This document shows, in pieces, positions 27,787 through 42,736 of a DNA stretch of 64,000 bases (its first letter is position 1; every line of letters starts with the position of its first letter). The notes beneath the pieces were generated by a model. It ran no database searches. It was given only the letters and a program-made list of their open reading frames with translations, and had not been told where the DNA came from. This stretch comes from the human T2T-CHM13v2.0 reference genome, Homo sapiens. The stretch is taken from assembly GCF_009914755.1 (NCBI RefSeq), contig NC_060926.1, one strand, 5' to 3'. The position numbers and the translations under genes were made by a program.

Positions 27787-28282
27787 TTAGTTGCCAGCTA
27801 CTACTTTTTGCTGCAATAACTCTTCATAACACAAAACACAAAATGTAGTGTCTTAACACAATAGGCAGTTATTTAGCTCAGCAGTCTTCAAGTCAAAGAC
27901 CTAGGCTGGGCTCAGCTGGGTGGTTCTCCTGGTCTTGGCTAAGCTTAACCACATGTCTGGCAGTCTGCCGAGTGTTGACTGATCTAGTATGGCCACTCTG
28001 GATGGCTGAGAAGCTTTAACTCTGTTCCACATGTCTCTCATCTCTAGAAGGTGAGCTCAAGCTTGTTCCACTATAGCAAGCATGTAGAAAGGCAAAGGTC
28101 TTGAGGCACATGATCACTTCCACTGCATTCTATTGGCCAAAGCTGGTCATATGACCATCAGAAGTCAAGGGGTAAGAAAGAAAATTTACTTATTTACTCA
28201 GAAGAACCACAAAGGGAAATAGCTCAGAGAACAGAAAAAGGGAGAAATAATGGATTGAGACCAATAACAAAATGAATCTACC
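27787..28282 (-). mobile_element. MLT1H/I-type LTR
   Basis: ctgggctcagctgggtggttctc...cacttccactgcattctattggccaaagc...aatctacc. Confidence 0.75.
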
Positions 28283-28822
28283 TCTCTTCCCCTTTCTCTG
28301 TGTTTCCTGTGACTTAGTGTTGACAAAACAGTACTGTTCACTTTAATCATCCAGATGCACCAGCCATTTTGATCTGCCCATTACCCTAGTTTTCTACAAG
28401 TTTGGATGCACCTTAGGGAAAGTAATTTTTAATGTAACATTTTTAGAATTAAAGCTTTCCAAAAATTTGTATATGGTAAGAAAATAGACAAAAAAAGGCA
28501 ATCATCAGAATTTACCAAGGTTCTAAATTGCATATGTTATGTATTCATTTCAGAAAATCCAAATAGTTCCTTCAGTCTTCGATGGTCTAGTGACCTCTTC
28601 CAATGATTTTTTATAAGCATCATGTGTTATGACTCATTAGGTAGTTTAGAGATGGCAATTGCACATTCCTGTCCAGCGCCAGGCTACTTCTTGGCTATCG
28701 TGGCTCTCTTAGTTTGTTTTCCTGGCCTGTTGACAGTTCCCACTCCTCTGACTGAAGCAGGGTCTTCATAAGCCTTTCTTTATAGTAACCCCCTTTTAAA
28801 ACATGTGACTTTTTTCGTTGGG

Positions 28823-28849
28823 TTTTTTTTTTTTTTTTTTTTTTTTTTT
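28823..28849. repeat. Poly(T) run
   Basis: About 26 consecutive T. Confidence 0.95.
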
Positions 28850-29564
28850 GCCTAATCAATTCACCTTAGATCTATGGTTGTAATTCCTGCCCCAGTTTTC
28901 CTCCCATCTGCTCCTATTTAATAGGATCCCAGCCTTTTACTCTCACTCACCCCGTTGTGCTTTCAACCCAGACACACTGTCCTCAGTTAGCGCATATTGA
29001 ATGTGAAGGTTTGCACTGCCTGGGACACTTAGGAAGTGAAGTTTGCCCAGAAGACCTTCACATTCTCCAACGTCACAGTATTTTTCTCTTCTTCCACACC
29101 CAGTTCTATTTACCCACATGGTTTCATATACTTATTCCTGTACTCAGCCTTTTATTCATTCTTTCAATCCTGTTTTCCCAAATATCACTTTAGCTTGAGG
29201 ACATTTGCCGTGTAGAACAGGAGAAGACATAGGAGGGGATTTAGGGCAACTTTGAATGGCAGAGCCTGGACTCGTGGTATTTCTATTCCTAGAGGCCTTT
29301 GTTTCCTCTTAGCTAAAAGACACTTAGTAAATCTTTAATCAATAAAGAAATAAGATCCATTTTCATGCCTGCATCATTGAGGAAATGTTTCATTAATGAT
29401 TTCCCTACTTAGTTGTCATAATGATATGCAATGTCCTTCACTATTCTTAATATCCCTACCATGTCTTATTGTCGGTGACTTATTGACCCACTCAGTTGAG
29501 TATTTGACCCCATTCTTCTATACTAGCATAGCATCTAATTTAGTAAAACAAATTAAGTTTCTTA

Positions 29565-29776
29565 AAACAGTGTTATTGAGATATAAATAACATAGCTTAT
29601 AATTCACCCACTTAAATTTTATAATTCAGTTGTTTCTAATATATTTACAGATACCTGCGACCATCACCACAGTCATTTTTAAAACATTTCATCACCTCAA
29701 AAACAAACCCCACACCTATCCTCCCATCCACTCAGCCTAAGCAATGACTAATCTATTTTCTGTTAAAATGGATTTC
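29565..29776 (-). mobile_element. L1MB-type 3' end (antisense)
   Basis: ttattgagatataa...aattcacccacttaaa...accatcaccacagtcatttttaaaacatttcatcacctcaaaa. Confidence 0.8.
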
Positions 29777-30299
29777 AAAAAATTAAGTTTCAAAGGCCAC
29801 GTGTAAGAAAAAATGTAGTATAAATTGTGAAATTCCTTGAATTGTCTTTAAAATATATTAAAAAGACCAATATTTATATTCCAAATTATATAGTAACATA
29901 GTATTTATCAATAAATCCAACATAGACAGAATTTCCCCCAGGACTGGAAAAGACAGCTGTTTCTTCAAGTGACCATTACATAAATGAGTTGGCTTGTGTT
30001 TGAAAATCCTGCTTTAAAAATCATATTTTGATGTGGTAGAGACTCAGCTTGGAAAGATATCCATTTCCTGACAGGGCCACAGCCCCCAAGACTAACTGGG
30101 GAAGATAAGACTCCTGCAGTAGACTCCCTTGAGTCACCTAGTCAATGAAATGGCTAGGAGGATACCCATTAATGTCTCTCCTTTCCCCACTCCCTCCTAT
30201 TCTTCTTTCTTCTCCTTTTCTTTTCTTTTTCATCCTATGCCAGCATGAGAAAATAGCTGAAGTTAATTGCATATATATTGGCTCCATAAAAGTTGATTC

Positions 30300-30650
30300 A
30301 TCTAAGAACCAGATTGAACCCAAGTCAAACAAGACAGGCCCCTGCCTAGGACCTTTCTGAATTGAAGAAGGTGAAGTGAGGAAACCAGTTTTTCTCTGGT
30401 GACAGAGCTCTGAGATATGAGTTTTGGCATTTGCTAAAACCCACTTTTTCAACCTTTTTATGAAGCTACTTGGAGAGAATGAGGCTGACCTGGAAGGAGA
30501 CATAGGCATGAGAGATGAGGAAAGGAGCCTGGTGACGTTGGAGCTTATCAGCACATTGCTCTCCCTTGTTATCTCAAATTTTCTCTATATTTCTGGAGGT
30601 CTGGTTGGGTTTCTGAACCTTGAGCATACCCCAAAATCTTTACTAATACA
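30300..30650 (+). mobile_element. MLT1J/K-type LTR fragment
   Basis: gagaatgaggctgac...gagagatgaggaaaggagcctggtgac...ttgggtttctg...actaataca. Confidence 0.6.
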
Positions 30651-31029
30651 GAAGCACTAAGATAATAAAGTCTAGCACATGGAGTTTTTGAGAGGACTAG
30701 ATAAGACACTGTAGGAAACCCAGAGGCCATCCTCTGCATGTTCCAAATCTTATGATGCTTCAGAGTTACTCCATCTTTAAGAAGGAAATTATAATGACTT
30801 GCAAACCTCATCTATGCATAGTGAAAAATTAAGCAATTTATTTAGTGTTTTCTTATTTCTTCACCTTCTGGGCTATGACCTGATTTCCTTCTCTAGAAAG
30901 GCCCTCTAAGTGTGTTAGTGGACACAAGGCATGGTGTCAGGACACTTCCCTCTCCCATCTCTTTGAGTGAGTAGAGGAAGGAAGTATCGCAACTTGGTCT
31001 CATCCAGAGTGAAACTATGCACTTCTCTC

Positions 31030-31825
31030 AACACATATGTATGCACATACACACATAAACACTCACATACACACAAATACATACACATGCATACAAACAT
31101 ACAATTCACGCTCACATACACATGCACATACACAGCCACATGAGTGCACACACAGCTCACAGACACACATGCACACACTTACACACATTTCACACACAAA
31201 CATACACACAAAACACACACATGTAAACACACACAAGGCTGACACAGACATAAACACACTCAAAACTCACACAGACATAAACACAAAAACATACACACAC
31301 ATGCACACATACAATTCACACTCACATACACATGCACATACACAACCACATGAATGCACACACAGCTCACAGACACACATGCACACACTTACACACATTT
31401 CACACACAAACATACACACACAAAACACACATATGTAAACACACACAAGGCTGATACAGACATAAACACACTCAAAACTCACACAGACATAAACACAAAA
31501 ACATACACACACATGCACACATACGTACACACACACAAACTACACATAGGCACACAAACACATACACAAATATACACACAACTCACACACAATACACATC
31601 CCATATACACACATGAACACCCACATACGTGCATGCACAGCCACAAACACACACATAAAACTCACACACATACACACAAACACATACAAACACATAAACC
31701 ATACATAACACAGAAACATACATACACATACATACACACAACTCAATTAAACCCATATAAACACATATAGACAGATAAACACACACGTAGACACATAAAC
31801 ACATACACATAAACACATATGTGCA
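31030..31825. repeat. About 800-bp CA-rich low-complexity tract with a 210-bp tandem duplication
   Basis: Degenerate (CA)n; units 31103-31312 and 31313-31524 are near-identical. Confidence 0.93.
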
Positions 31826-32439
31826 TTTGTTCACAAAGACTCATTAATACCATACACATCAAATAAGGTTTTGTGGTTATCAACAAAAGGAACCAAGTCT
31901 TAGACATTTATGAGAAAAAGAAATTGTTTAGAAGAACATGGGGTAAACCAAACAGTCAGATGAGAAAGTGAACCACCAAGAACCATGTGATTCCACAAAT
32001 CACGACTGAAGGAATCAATAGAAAATAGACATTTTGTAAACTTGCATCATTGGCTCAATATTCAAGGGACTGGCTGAGAAGTTCTGACTGAACCAAGCAC
32101 TCTAGATATCTGAGAAACTTGTTCCTGACTGCAGAGATGGGCAGTAATGTCCAAAATGGGGTGCTGCACAATGAGGATTCCCAAGTCCATACACTGGGGT
32201 CCCAGAGGAAAGCTCAGAAATGGCTCTTTACATTCATGTATCTTTTAGATAAGAAAGACACTATACCTTACAGATAATTACTGCATGAACTGGTTTGGCA
32301 TCCTCAGTCTTCCATATATCAGATAATTATGTATCATATGCTATATGGAAGGTAACTAGAAAAAGTTGTGAGGAGAGCTATTCTATGTAGGGGATTACTG
32401 TAGCACCCTCATTCGTTTAACTTTATCAAAATTGATTGA

Positions 32440-32752
32440 TAAACGTTCCTTGATTTATGATGAATTACATCTCAATAAATCTATCGAAAATGGAAAATAT
32501 TGGAAGTCAAAAATGCACTTAATAAACCTAACCTACCAAGCATCATAGCTTAGCCTAACCTCCCTTAAATGTGCTCAGAATACTTACATTAGCCTAAAGT
32601 TGGGCAAAATCATGTAACACAAAGCCTATTTTATAATAAAATGTTTAATATCTCATGTAACTTGTGGAATACTGCAATGAAAGTGAAAAGCAATGGTTTC
32701 ACATCGCTGTAAAGTCACAAAATTGTTTAAGTCTCGAGTTGGGGACCATCTG
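32440..32752 (+). mobile_element. MER47A (TcMar-Tigger MITE)
   Basis: cctaacctaccaagcatcatagcttagcctaacc...gttgggcaaaatcatgtaacacaaagcctattttataataaa...ggggaccatctg followed by TA. Confidence 0.88.
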
Positions 32753-33848
32753 TACTGGCTTATTTTTTACTTATTTGTTTATGAATTTAGAGATGATATT
32801 CTCTAATATCATCTGAATATTTTCAAAAAAAGGACAACTGTTTTGGAAGATTACTTCGGAAAAGTATTAGATTTAGAATTGTACTAATAATGCAAGGACA
32901 AGTGACCCAGGATGAGAATGGCAGGGCTGGGACTTCTGCTTCTATTGCAAGCACTTTCTGAGTCCATTTGAAAGCAAGCCAATGACTACCAGATCCATGC
33001 CTCCCAGCAGCTGTCCACAGGAATGCAAACAGACTCTATTCCTTCAGAGCAGAGATGACATTTTAATGATGAGTGCAGAAGCAACTGTGTTTTTTTAATC
33101 ATTTCTATTTGGTAAGAATATTATATAAACAGGTGTTCAGAAATATTTCCATCACTGTAATTTTATTGCCAAAAGCAATATAATTCACCTGTTTAAACAA
33201 AAAAAAAAAACCTAAAAACCTCATTTGTGCATTTCTAGAAATCTTGAAAACATAGTTTCTAATTTTTTATAAAAAATTTCAATCCAGAGTTTCAGTGGCA
33301 TTATAATCCATCTGTTAATAATAGAAACATGTAATATCTTCCAATTAGTTTGGAGAACAACTGATTGACATTGTAAAAGATGAAAACTTGCAGGACAAAT
33401 TTTAACACAATTTTTAGTTAATTGGCATATGGGATTTAACGCTATCATAATTTAATAAGCACAAACACGGATTCTTTCTGAATATCATTGTGAGATGCCT
33501 TTTACAGCCATTACAGACACTAAAAATCAGCAAATTGAACTGATCTTAGATTCACATGTTCAAAGTGTTGTAATAGGAAATGTTAAACCAAGTTTTCAGA
33601 TCTAAGAAACCATCTTTATTCACATTTATTTCATAAAAGCGTCGTGCTATTAAGTGATTATTTTAGATTATTGCTTTACCTCAACTTTTACTTTTTTCTT
33701 TTGCGTATTTCAGTAAATATGTGGCTATCAATAAATTTCTACTAAAAAGCCATGAAAGTACGTATTTTTAAAAATCAATTTTCAAAAAATATCTCTTTGA
33801 AAAAGATGTGGAAAAAATCCTGCAAACCTTAATCTAGAGAAAGTTTAA

Positions 33849-34014
33849 CAGGTGTGAGCAAATAACAGCCAAAGGCAGATTCCTGCCTCTACCACTTAAG
33901 GACGGCCTGTGGCTGCTTCCAAAGGCAGCGTTGGTAGTGGAGACAGACGCCACATCCCTGGAAGTCAAAGCACTTACTATATGGCCCTTTACATAAAAGA
34001 TTTTCCACCCCCTG
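33849..34014. mobile_element. MER58A (hAT-Charlie)
   Basis: ttactatatggccctttacataaaagattttccaccccctg terminus; gtttaaca flanks both ends. Confidence 0.75.
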
Positions 34015-35017
34015 GTTTAACAGTCGACAATAAACATAGTCAATATCTTGGGGGAAAATAAGAGTTTTACTTCCGCAGTAACGGCTCCAGGATGTGCCTC
34101 CACAAAAATTGAGGGGCAGCGAACTATGCCTGGGAAGCAAATGGTAATTTTGGGGTTTTCCTCTTAGAATTTTGTTTCCCAATAGAATTTTCAACCCACT
34201 AAAATATTTCTCTAAGAGACTGCATATGGCTGCCCTTTAACAGACAAAGTTAACATTCCTGATGTTTACTTGAACAAAGCTTGTACATTTCGCTGTTTTT
34301 AGAAAAGATTAATTTTCATTGAGAATGCAAATCTACTTCAAATGTTACAAAAACCAAGTGTCTCCAGGGGGGCTGACCACTGGCATTTGTGCTGATAATC
34401 TCGGTTATTTAAACAGCAGCACCACTGCCCAGAAGCCCAGGCCTTCCACCAGGGACAGGAATCTTAAACGACTCTCCTGACAGAGCAAAAAGAGAAAGTT
34501 CCTGACCATTGGTAACAGCACATTAAAGTGTGGTTATATTTATTTGGAGATTTTCAGGTAGACTGATACTGGTTTCTGTATGGAGAACATACAAATATCA
34601 AGAAACATGGATTAAGAAAAAGTCTGGCTTGTTCAGTTCAAATTGTATAAGTAAATTTCTCATTTCTGTGTGCCCCATGTCCACCCTTCCCCTGTCCCAT
34701 ACGTCATACCCTCCTCAGCCCACCTAGGACCTTGTTTCCTCAAACATGACTTGGGTGAGAGGCCACATCAAGGGACTCCTACCTGCCCTGTGCTGAAATC
34801 TTGCCTTCTGGATTCTGTCCAATCCTCTGTGCATCTGTCAGTCTGACCTTCATACATTGCAGGCCATTCCCAGGAAGAAGTGATCGCCTACCACAGGGCC
34901 TTTCTTGCAAATCAAAATCCTTTTTCTCTATTGTGACTTTCTAGATAACTCAACATGCTAAGATGTCACACACATGTCATTGTTTTGTTTTGTTTTCCAT
35001 AAGTTAGTTTATATCTT

Positions 35018-35315
<298 letters not shown>

Positions 35316-35415
35316 AAGTCAGTTTATATCTTATAAACAAGTTTTTATTTTCTGAGTAAGCATAATTGACTCCATTTTAGGTTCAAATTTGCAGTATGAG
35401 AAGGAAGAAGTATTT

Positions 35416-35680
<265 letters not shown>

Positions 35681-36616
35681 ATGAAAAGATATTTCTAATA
35701 GTATGAAATTTAAAATTTTTTAGAAAGAAAAATATTAACAAAGTAATACATAGTTGTAAAGCCCTTCTGATTTTGTGAATTATCACTTATTTGTTGTATG
35801 GATGTCACAATTATTTAATTCCAAATGTCTATTCTTCAGATGGGTATTCATCACAAGCATCTTTCTATTGAGTTCTCTGGGATTTGAAGGAGCTAAGTAA
35901 AAAGCAAGAGTGTGTGCTACTTTTATGCCAAAAAGAAGTTTAATCCTAATTTTCCAGAAGATTTTGGTCCCATGCAATTATTTGACATTTTAGACTAAGT
36001 TCTGTCCCTACGGGTTACTAGAAAAGCCAGCAAAAGTTATGAATTATCTGCAAATCTTGTCTTTATTCTTTGTCTCTGTCTTACAATTCATCAGAAGCCA
36101 GCCCCTCTTCATCCTGGTCCTGACACTCTTTTCAGCCTCAAGTCCAAATGCATTCTCTTCCAGTCAGCCAGAGCTGACTAAACATAGAAGATTGCTAAAT
36201 GCTCCTCTTTTTTATTGTGCTTCTTCCCTAGGTCTAGAATGGGTCTCTCTGCGTCTGGTCCACCTGTTCAGCTCTTGTTTATCCTTCAAAGCCAACATCT
36301 CTTATCACATCCCTCATGAAGCTGGTCTTTCCGTCTTTCTTCTCTCTGCACTTTTACAGCATTATATTCTAATAATAATATCTTTTTTTTTACTTAATAT
36401 GAGGTAAATATGGAGCAACACCTTCTGCCAGCCTGTAAACCATCTGAGGGCTCGGTGTGAGAGGGCACGAAGTCATCCCTGAGATCCCAGGCTCTAAAGC
36501 AGTATCTAGCACATTGGTAAATATTTAAAAAATACCTTCAGGAAAAAGGAAAGAAGAGTAGAGATTTTATCAATCAGAAAGTTAAAAAGTTGGCTAATCA
36601 CTTGGAGAGAAAGCCG

Positions 36617-36832
36617 GCATTTATTGGCTTAGTATGGGCCAGGCTGTGCTCCAATCACTTCAAGAACATGAACACCATATGCGTATGCTCGCAGACACCC
36701 TATGAGGTAGGTAGTATTTCTAGCATCTCCAGTTAACAGACAGAAAAACTGAGACACAGGTAGGATAAAGACCTTGCTCAGGGTCATCCACCCAGGAAGT
36801 GGGAGAGGGCAGGTTCTAACCACAGATGTGTC
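36617..36832 (-). mobile_element. MIRb
   Basis: caccctatgaggtagg...acagacagaaaaactgagacacag...cttgctcagggtca core. Confidence 0.85.
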
Positions 36833-37685
36833 TGCAGCTGGCATGTGTGAGCTTACCCACTAGACCAGATAGCCCCTTGAAGGCTAGGGATCTGACTCAG
36901 GCAGTAGGACATGTCCTAAAGAAAAGTGAGCCACTGGGGAAACTGACAAGTTACACTGCAGCCTCCAGACTCTGTTGCCCCAGCATCTCCTACCTCGACG
37001 ATTCTTCTCTGTGTCCACGCCCAGTCCTATCAACTCTGATCTGGCCCCCTCCTATGGGAAGCATTCTATGGTGGTGTCTATTGGTGATAGGTTTCCTTTC
37101 ATGATGCTCAAAGGACTTTGCTGGACTTCCCTTCTACCTGGTATCATCACTTTGTTTAGAAATTTCAGTTGCTTGAGGACAGAGCCTATTTGTTCTGAGT
37201 TTGATAAATATAAACTATAGCCTTCTGCCTTGCCCCTCGTGGGTGTTTGACAAATATTTGTTGAAAAGATAAGTGATTGATCACACTATAACAAAACAGC
37301 ACTTAAAATACTTTAGGATAAAAACAATTGCAGTGATTTAGAGTGTTTAACAAATAAATACAATGAAAAGCCATTATAACTGGAATAATAAAAGGCACTT
37401 TAGCTTATGTACTAAAGGGCGAATTATGTTCCACAAAAGGTAACCACATAGAACAAATCCACAAGGAAATGGAGTAAGTCTAATTCATCTCAAATACCAG
37501 AATCATAAAGGTCATCTGAATATTTGAGATGAATCCAATCAGTTATACTGTCAAACAAGCTATAAGGCAAAAAATTTACTATTCACTTTGAAATTTCTAC
37601 CTATAAATGAAGAATATGGCTCTAGTCTTATTGTTGGGACGTATGGTTTCATTGCATATATGTGTAGGTTTGTAAGATGTGGAAA

Positions 37686-37780
37686 GTGTGTGTGTGTGTG
37701 TGTGTGTGCGCATGTTCATGTATTTGAATGTATGTGTGTGTATACACACTATACGTATGCATGTATGATGTATGTCTGTA
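37686..37780. repeat. (TG)n microsatellite and TG-rich low complexity
   Basis: Directly visible. Confidence 0.9.
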
Positions 37781-38119
37781 TGTTTAAAAGAGGAATTAAA
37801 AGAAGTGTCACTGTTATGCAAAGAACCACCACAACTGAAAACTAAATAAACATCAAAACCTTTCTTTCCAATTCTCTTTTAGAGAATGGAGTGTGGTATT
37901 CCAGCTCTTTCTCGGTGTATGCTCAGTCAGATAAACTGATCCTGCACACATGCAGGGCAGCACTGGAGTGTAAATCTGTCCATCTTTAACTTATTTCCTC
38001 TTATAGAGAATGCAAGAAAACAGAGCTTGTATGTGTGTTTTAGTTACTTGCTTGCTTTCTTCACATAATGTCACGCACCACCAAAAGTCATATTCTAAAA
38101 CTTTAGGAGAAAGGATAAT

Positions 38120-38282
38120 AGGATGTATCATTTGCCCTGATGTAATTATTATGCATTGCATGCCTGTATCAAAGTATCTCATATACCTCATAAATATATA
38201 CATCTACTATGTACCCACAAAAATTGAATATTAATATATATATACCTAGTATGTACCCACAAAAAATAAAAATTAAAAAAAA
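38120..38282 (+). mobile_element. L1MA/L1PB-type extreme 3' end with duplicated terminal segment
   Basis: gcattgcatgcctgtatcaaagtatctcat...tatgtacccacaaaaa, the last motif present at 38208 and 38250. Confidence 0.85.
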
Positions 38283-39824
38283 GTGTAATAATCTGTGATT
38301 CTTAATTATTAAATTGCAATTTGGGAATGCTTTGCCTTGGTCAGCTTTGGTACCATATTCTAATTAATGTTAACCATGCTTTGGGTGTTCTGCCAACAGA
38401 TTATTGATTTCCAAAGCCAGAAGATTTTGTTTCTTTAGGTGTATCAGGCAACTCTAACTTAGCGAAGGCAGAAAACTAATTTTTAGACGTCAGTCATAGA
38501 ATATCTCCACTGTAAACATTGGAAACTATCAATTAGACAAGAGTATCTCTTTATGATTGAAATGACAGCTGAGTGAAAGTTCACAGTAAGGTAAATAAGT
38601 CCCTGGGGCAGGAGCTCTGTCTCTTGCTATTTTGCCTCATTGCAAAGCACAATGCCTAGCACATGGCAGACACTTAAAAATGTCCTGGAGTTGTAGAAAA
38701 CAGTTACTTAGCTGATATTTGCAAAGCATACTTAAAACCAAAAATAACAAGTGCAAACACCAAATGAAGTCTTTGAAAGTTTATTCAAAAACTTTGATTA
38801 GCTATTATGGTACACCCTCCACCCATGGTAGGATATTTTGGACGATTTGTAATAAAGATGCAGACTGCCTAATGTCCTGGAGGGTTGTGATGTCCAAGGC
38901 CATGAGGGCCAGTTCTTATAAACATCACAATATTCTTCCCTCTCTCTGGTACTGCTGTGAGTCTTCTCCTCACCAGATACACTGTTCCTTATCATACTCT
39001 TGCCTGCTATCTCTGAAAATCTGACCAACATTGAATTTTATCAGCCATTGACCCTCAGGTATGACTGTAAGATTCCTTGGCATGTGACTTGTGAGTGCAT
39101 TATTGTCCTTATGTATTTTTCCTTATTGGAGCAACATCAGGCCTGGGCGAGAGGCAATAGATGAAGGGAGGAAAGACAGTATGTTAGTAACTAAGTTGAT
39201 CTTGCAACTGAGAGATAGAGGAAGAGCCACAGCCAGAATCTGTCAAATATGCACACATTTTCATGGCTCTGAAGAGGTCTAAGGGAGATGGTTCTAGGCC
39301 TGTCTCCATCTCTGTGGCATAGCTAACAGGTCATCTGCAAGGACAAGAGTTGGCAGGGTGAGGTGGGAGGCATGAGGAAACTGAGTCTTGAAACCACAAG
39401 TGTACATACACAGAGAGAGACCACCCAGCTCCAAAAAGAAATTCAGAGCAGCTGAGCCACCTGCTGAGCTCAAGGATCATGCATTTGCAGAAAATCCAGA
39501 ATATTTGGCTGGAAATTTTCCATCATATGTGAAAAATAAACTAGCAACAAAAGTGAACAGTTTTGTGTGTCTCTTAGTGACAACTTCTGATGTATCGCCA
39601 GTGACATTTATTCTAAACTACCTTGTTGAAAATAGGACACAGGGAACTAAATTGATACAGGTACTTGGAGTAAGTAAGGCATAAGCATTCTGCCTGGGCC
39701 TTTATTCATCATATACATATGGATTATACTACTTCGTGTAATGTTTCCTCCCCAACATCTTTCACATTCTTTATATTTTACATTTATCCATTAATTCAAC
39801 AAACATTTATTTTATAGTTATTGC

Positions 39825-40728
39825 TGATAGGGACAGGAGGCAAGAAAATCCTGGGCAGAAGAAGGGGGGTCCCCAGAGAGGACCTGAGACCAGGGCCCAA
39901 AGTGAGAACTTACATTCCTGTTCTCCTGCTCAAATGTCACCTTTTCTAAGACCACCATGGCCCCACCCCACCCCATCCTGTGCCTATAAAAACCCCAGAC
40001 CCAGCTAGACATCAGAGAGATGTGGCTTGACTTCAAAGGGACAGCTTGACGGCATAACTTTTGAGAAGAATCCAGCTGGGGATGGCTGGACTTAGGGGAA
40101 GATAACCTTCTCCATCTCCTTTTCAGTTCCCCTTCCTTCTTAGAGCCACCTCCATTAGCAATAAAATCCTCTGCATTGTCCATCTTTCAATTCATTTGTG
40201 TGACCTCATTTCTCCTGGACTCCGGACAAGAACTCAGGTGCCATGAGTATGAATGCAACAGGCTGTCATACTGAACCTTTGACTTTGCTGGCAGAAGGCA
40301 GCTGCCTCACACAAAAAGGCAGAGGGTCCACTGAGCTGTTAACACTTAAACTGTCCATGGATGGCAGAGCTAAAGAAGCACTGTAACACTCCCTCTGGGG
40401 CTTTAGGGGTGTGGGCACCCTCCCAGATGCTGCCATGGGGCCTGAAAGGAGTTTTGCTCCTGCTAGAGCCCAAAAGCACTTGCCCTGGCTCCTGCATCCA
40501 CCCACCTGAGTGTCCTCACCTGTGAGGGGTGGAATGCAATGGGTCTGAGTGTGTGGTGTTTGCTCCTGCCAGTGACGAAGTAGCCACCTGATTGCAGCAC
40601 TCATGCACTTCAGTTCCTCCCTCATTCACTCTCACGCTCCCTCCTGTGAGGGGTTGAAAGCTGTGGCCTGGGTAAATGGGGCACCCAGTCACGAGTCCCG
40701 CAAAAGGGTCAGGGAAATACCTGCTTCA
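39825..40728 (+). mobile_element. LTR1-family (ERV1) solo LTR
   Basis: TG...CA termini (tgatagggacaggaggc...gggtcagggaaatacctgcttca), TATA-like cctataaaaa (~39983) and aataaa (~40160). Perfect 4-bp TSD ttgc (39821-39824, 40729-40732). Confidence 0.85.
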
Positions 40729-41026
40729 TTGCTAATGTATTGGTAGAGGACTCAGGACTTCCTTTTGGATACTAAACTCTTTTGTATATGCTATTTGGTA
40801 AAAATTATCTCTTTAGCCTCAGACACTAGTGTATATTTCAATCACCGAAGAATACTAGAAAAATGCTGACTTTGGGCCCATAGGACCAATGTGAGTCCTG
40901 AAAGATGTCACTGTTGTTTGGGGACTTCACTTTAAGTAGCCAAGTTGATGGCCAGTTTCTCATACTTGGACCAGATACTTTTTAAACATGCTAATTCCCA
41001 GGCCCCAAGCCAGACATTCTGATTGA

Positions 41027-41384
<358 letters not shown>

Positions 41385-41854
41385 CCCTTTTTTTTTTTTT
41401 TTAATTAATTCTCCCACTTGATTTACATGGGGCCTAAGTTTGCAAAGCAGTGCTCAGGGCTGTTCCCTCAATTAGTTGAAAGCCCCTAGGCTTTTAATAA
41501 AAAGCAGGTTATGGTGCCCTGCTCATGATGCAGCTATTCTACCATAGGCAGATATGCAGTGGCTAAAATATACAAACAGGAGTGGCTTTGAGTGACAGAA
41601 TTTAAAGGACTGCTAGGTTGCTAAGACATGTGAGGGTGTCCAGTCTCCAAATGCTGGAGCTAAAGTTATGGTTGTAGTCAGTTAGGCTCCCATGAAAGAG
41701 CCCTGTCACTCTCTTTCCAGGGTGTCTTAAAGTTATAGACTCTGTCTTGACTACAAATTTCCTGCTGTAGCTGTAAGGCTTGCCGGCTGAGTCTCTGGAT
41801 GTGGCAAACCTAAATTGTCAGGCAGCAGAAATAATGCCTTACCTTTCTGTCTGC

Positions 41855-42329
41855 TGTGAAAGGAAAATAAATCTTGGGGCCCCAAAATCACTAAGCTAAA
41901 GGGAAAAAAAAATCAAGCTGGGAACTGCTTGGAAAAACCTGCCTCCCATTCTATTCAAAGCCACCCCTCTGCTCACTGAGATAAATGCGTATCTGTTTGC
42001 CTCCTTTGGAAGGGCTAATCAGGAACTCAAAAGGATGCAAACGTTTGTCTTTTATCTACCTATAACGTGGAAGTCCCCTTCTCACTGCAAGTTGTCCCGC
42101 CTTTACTTTGAATTGTCCTGCCTTTCCGGACGGAACCAATGTTTATCTTACATTTATTGATGGATGTCTTATGGCTCCCTACAATTTGTAAAACCAAGCC
42201 GTGCTGGGACTACCTTGGGTACATGCCATCAGGACCTCCCGAGGCTGTGTCATGGACGTGCATCCTTAACTTTGACAAAATAAACTTCTTAAATTGACTG
42301 AGACCTGTCTCAGAAATTCTGGGTTCGCA
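41855..42329 (+). mobile_element. MER4A1-type (ERV1) solo LTR
   Basis: tgtgaaaggaaaataaatcttggggccccaaaatcactaagctaaaggg...gactgagacctgtctcag...gca. 4-bp TSD ctgc (41851-41854, 42330-42333). Confidence 0.92.
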
Positions 42330-42736
42330 CTGCCAAAATCTGCACTAAACCCTATCAGAAAGGTTAGGAATTTATAATTTTTTATCCCCTTGAGCTGCAA
42401 ATCTCCTGCCTTTTTCTGCTGCTAAGGCTAATGAGGACCAAAAATGGTTCTCTACAGATTGCCTTTGTTTAATTCATACTTTGTGAATTTGTATTCTCTG
42501 AGTTAAAGACTTGTACATTTGAAGTAATATGAACATACAATTATTTCCACCTTTGGAAGCAGGATGTCAGTCTAGTTACATGAGGCTACTGAAAATAAAA
42601 CAAGATAGACAAAAATCCTGCAATTGTTGAACTCATTGTGCTATTACTCATTTGTAGGTAGAAGAGGTGGGTAAAAAATACTAAGTATGGATTATACACG
42701 CATTGATTCATTCATTACTTCCTTCAACACACATTA

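Noticed and set aside
30915-31834. H/T-rich and C/V-rich ORFs
   Set aside because: Translations of CA/TG low-complexity sequence.
34358-34376. CTCF-like tctccaggggggctg
   Set aside because: Three mismatches in the core; too weak.
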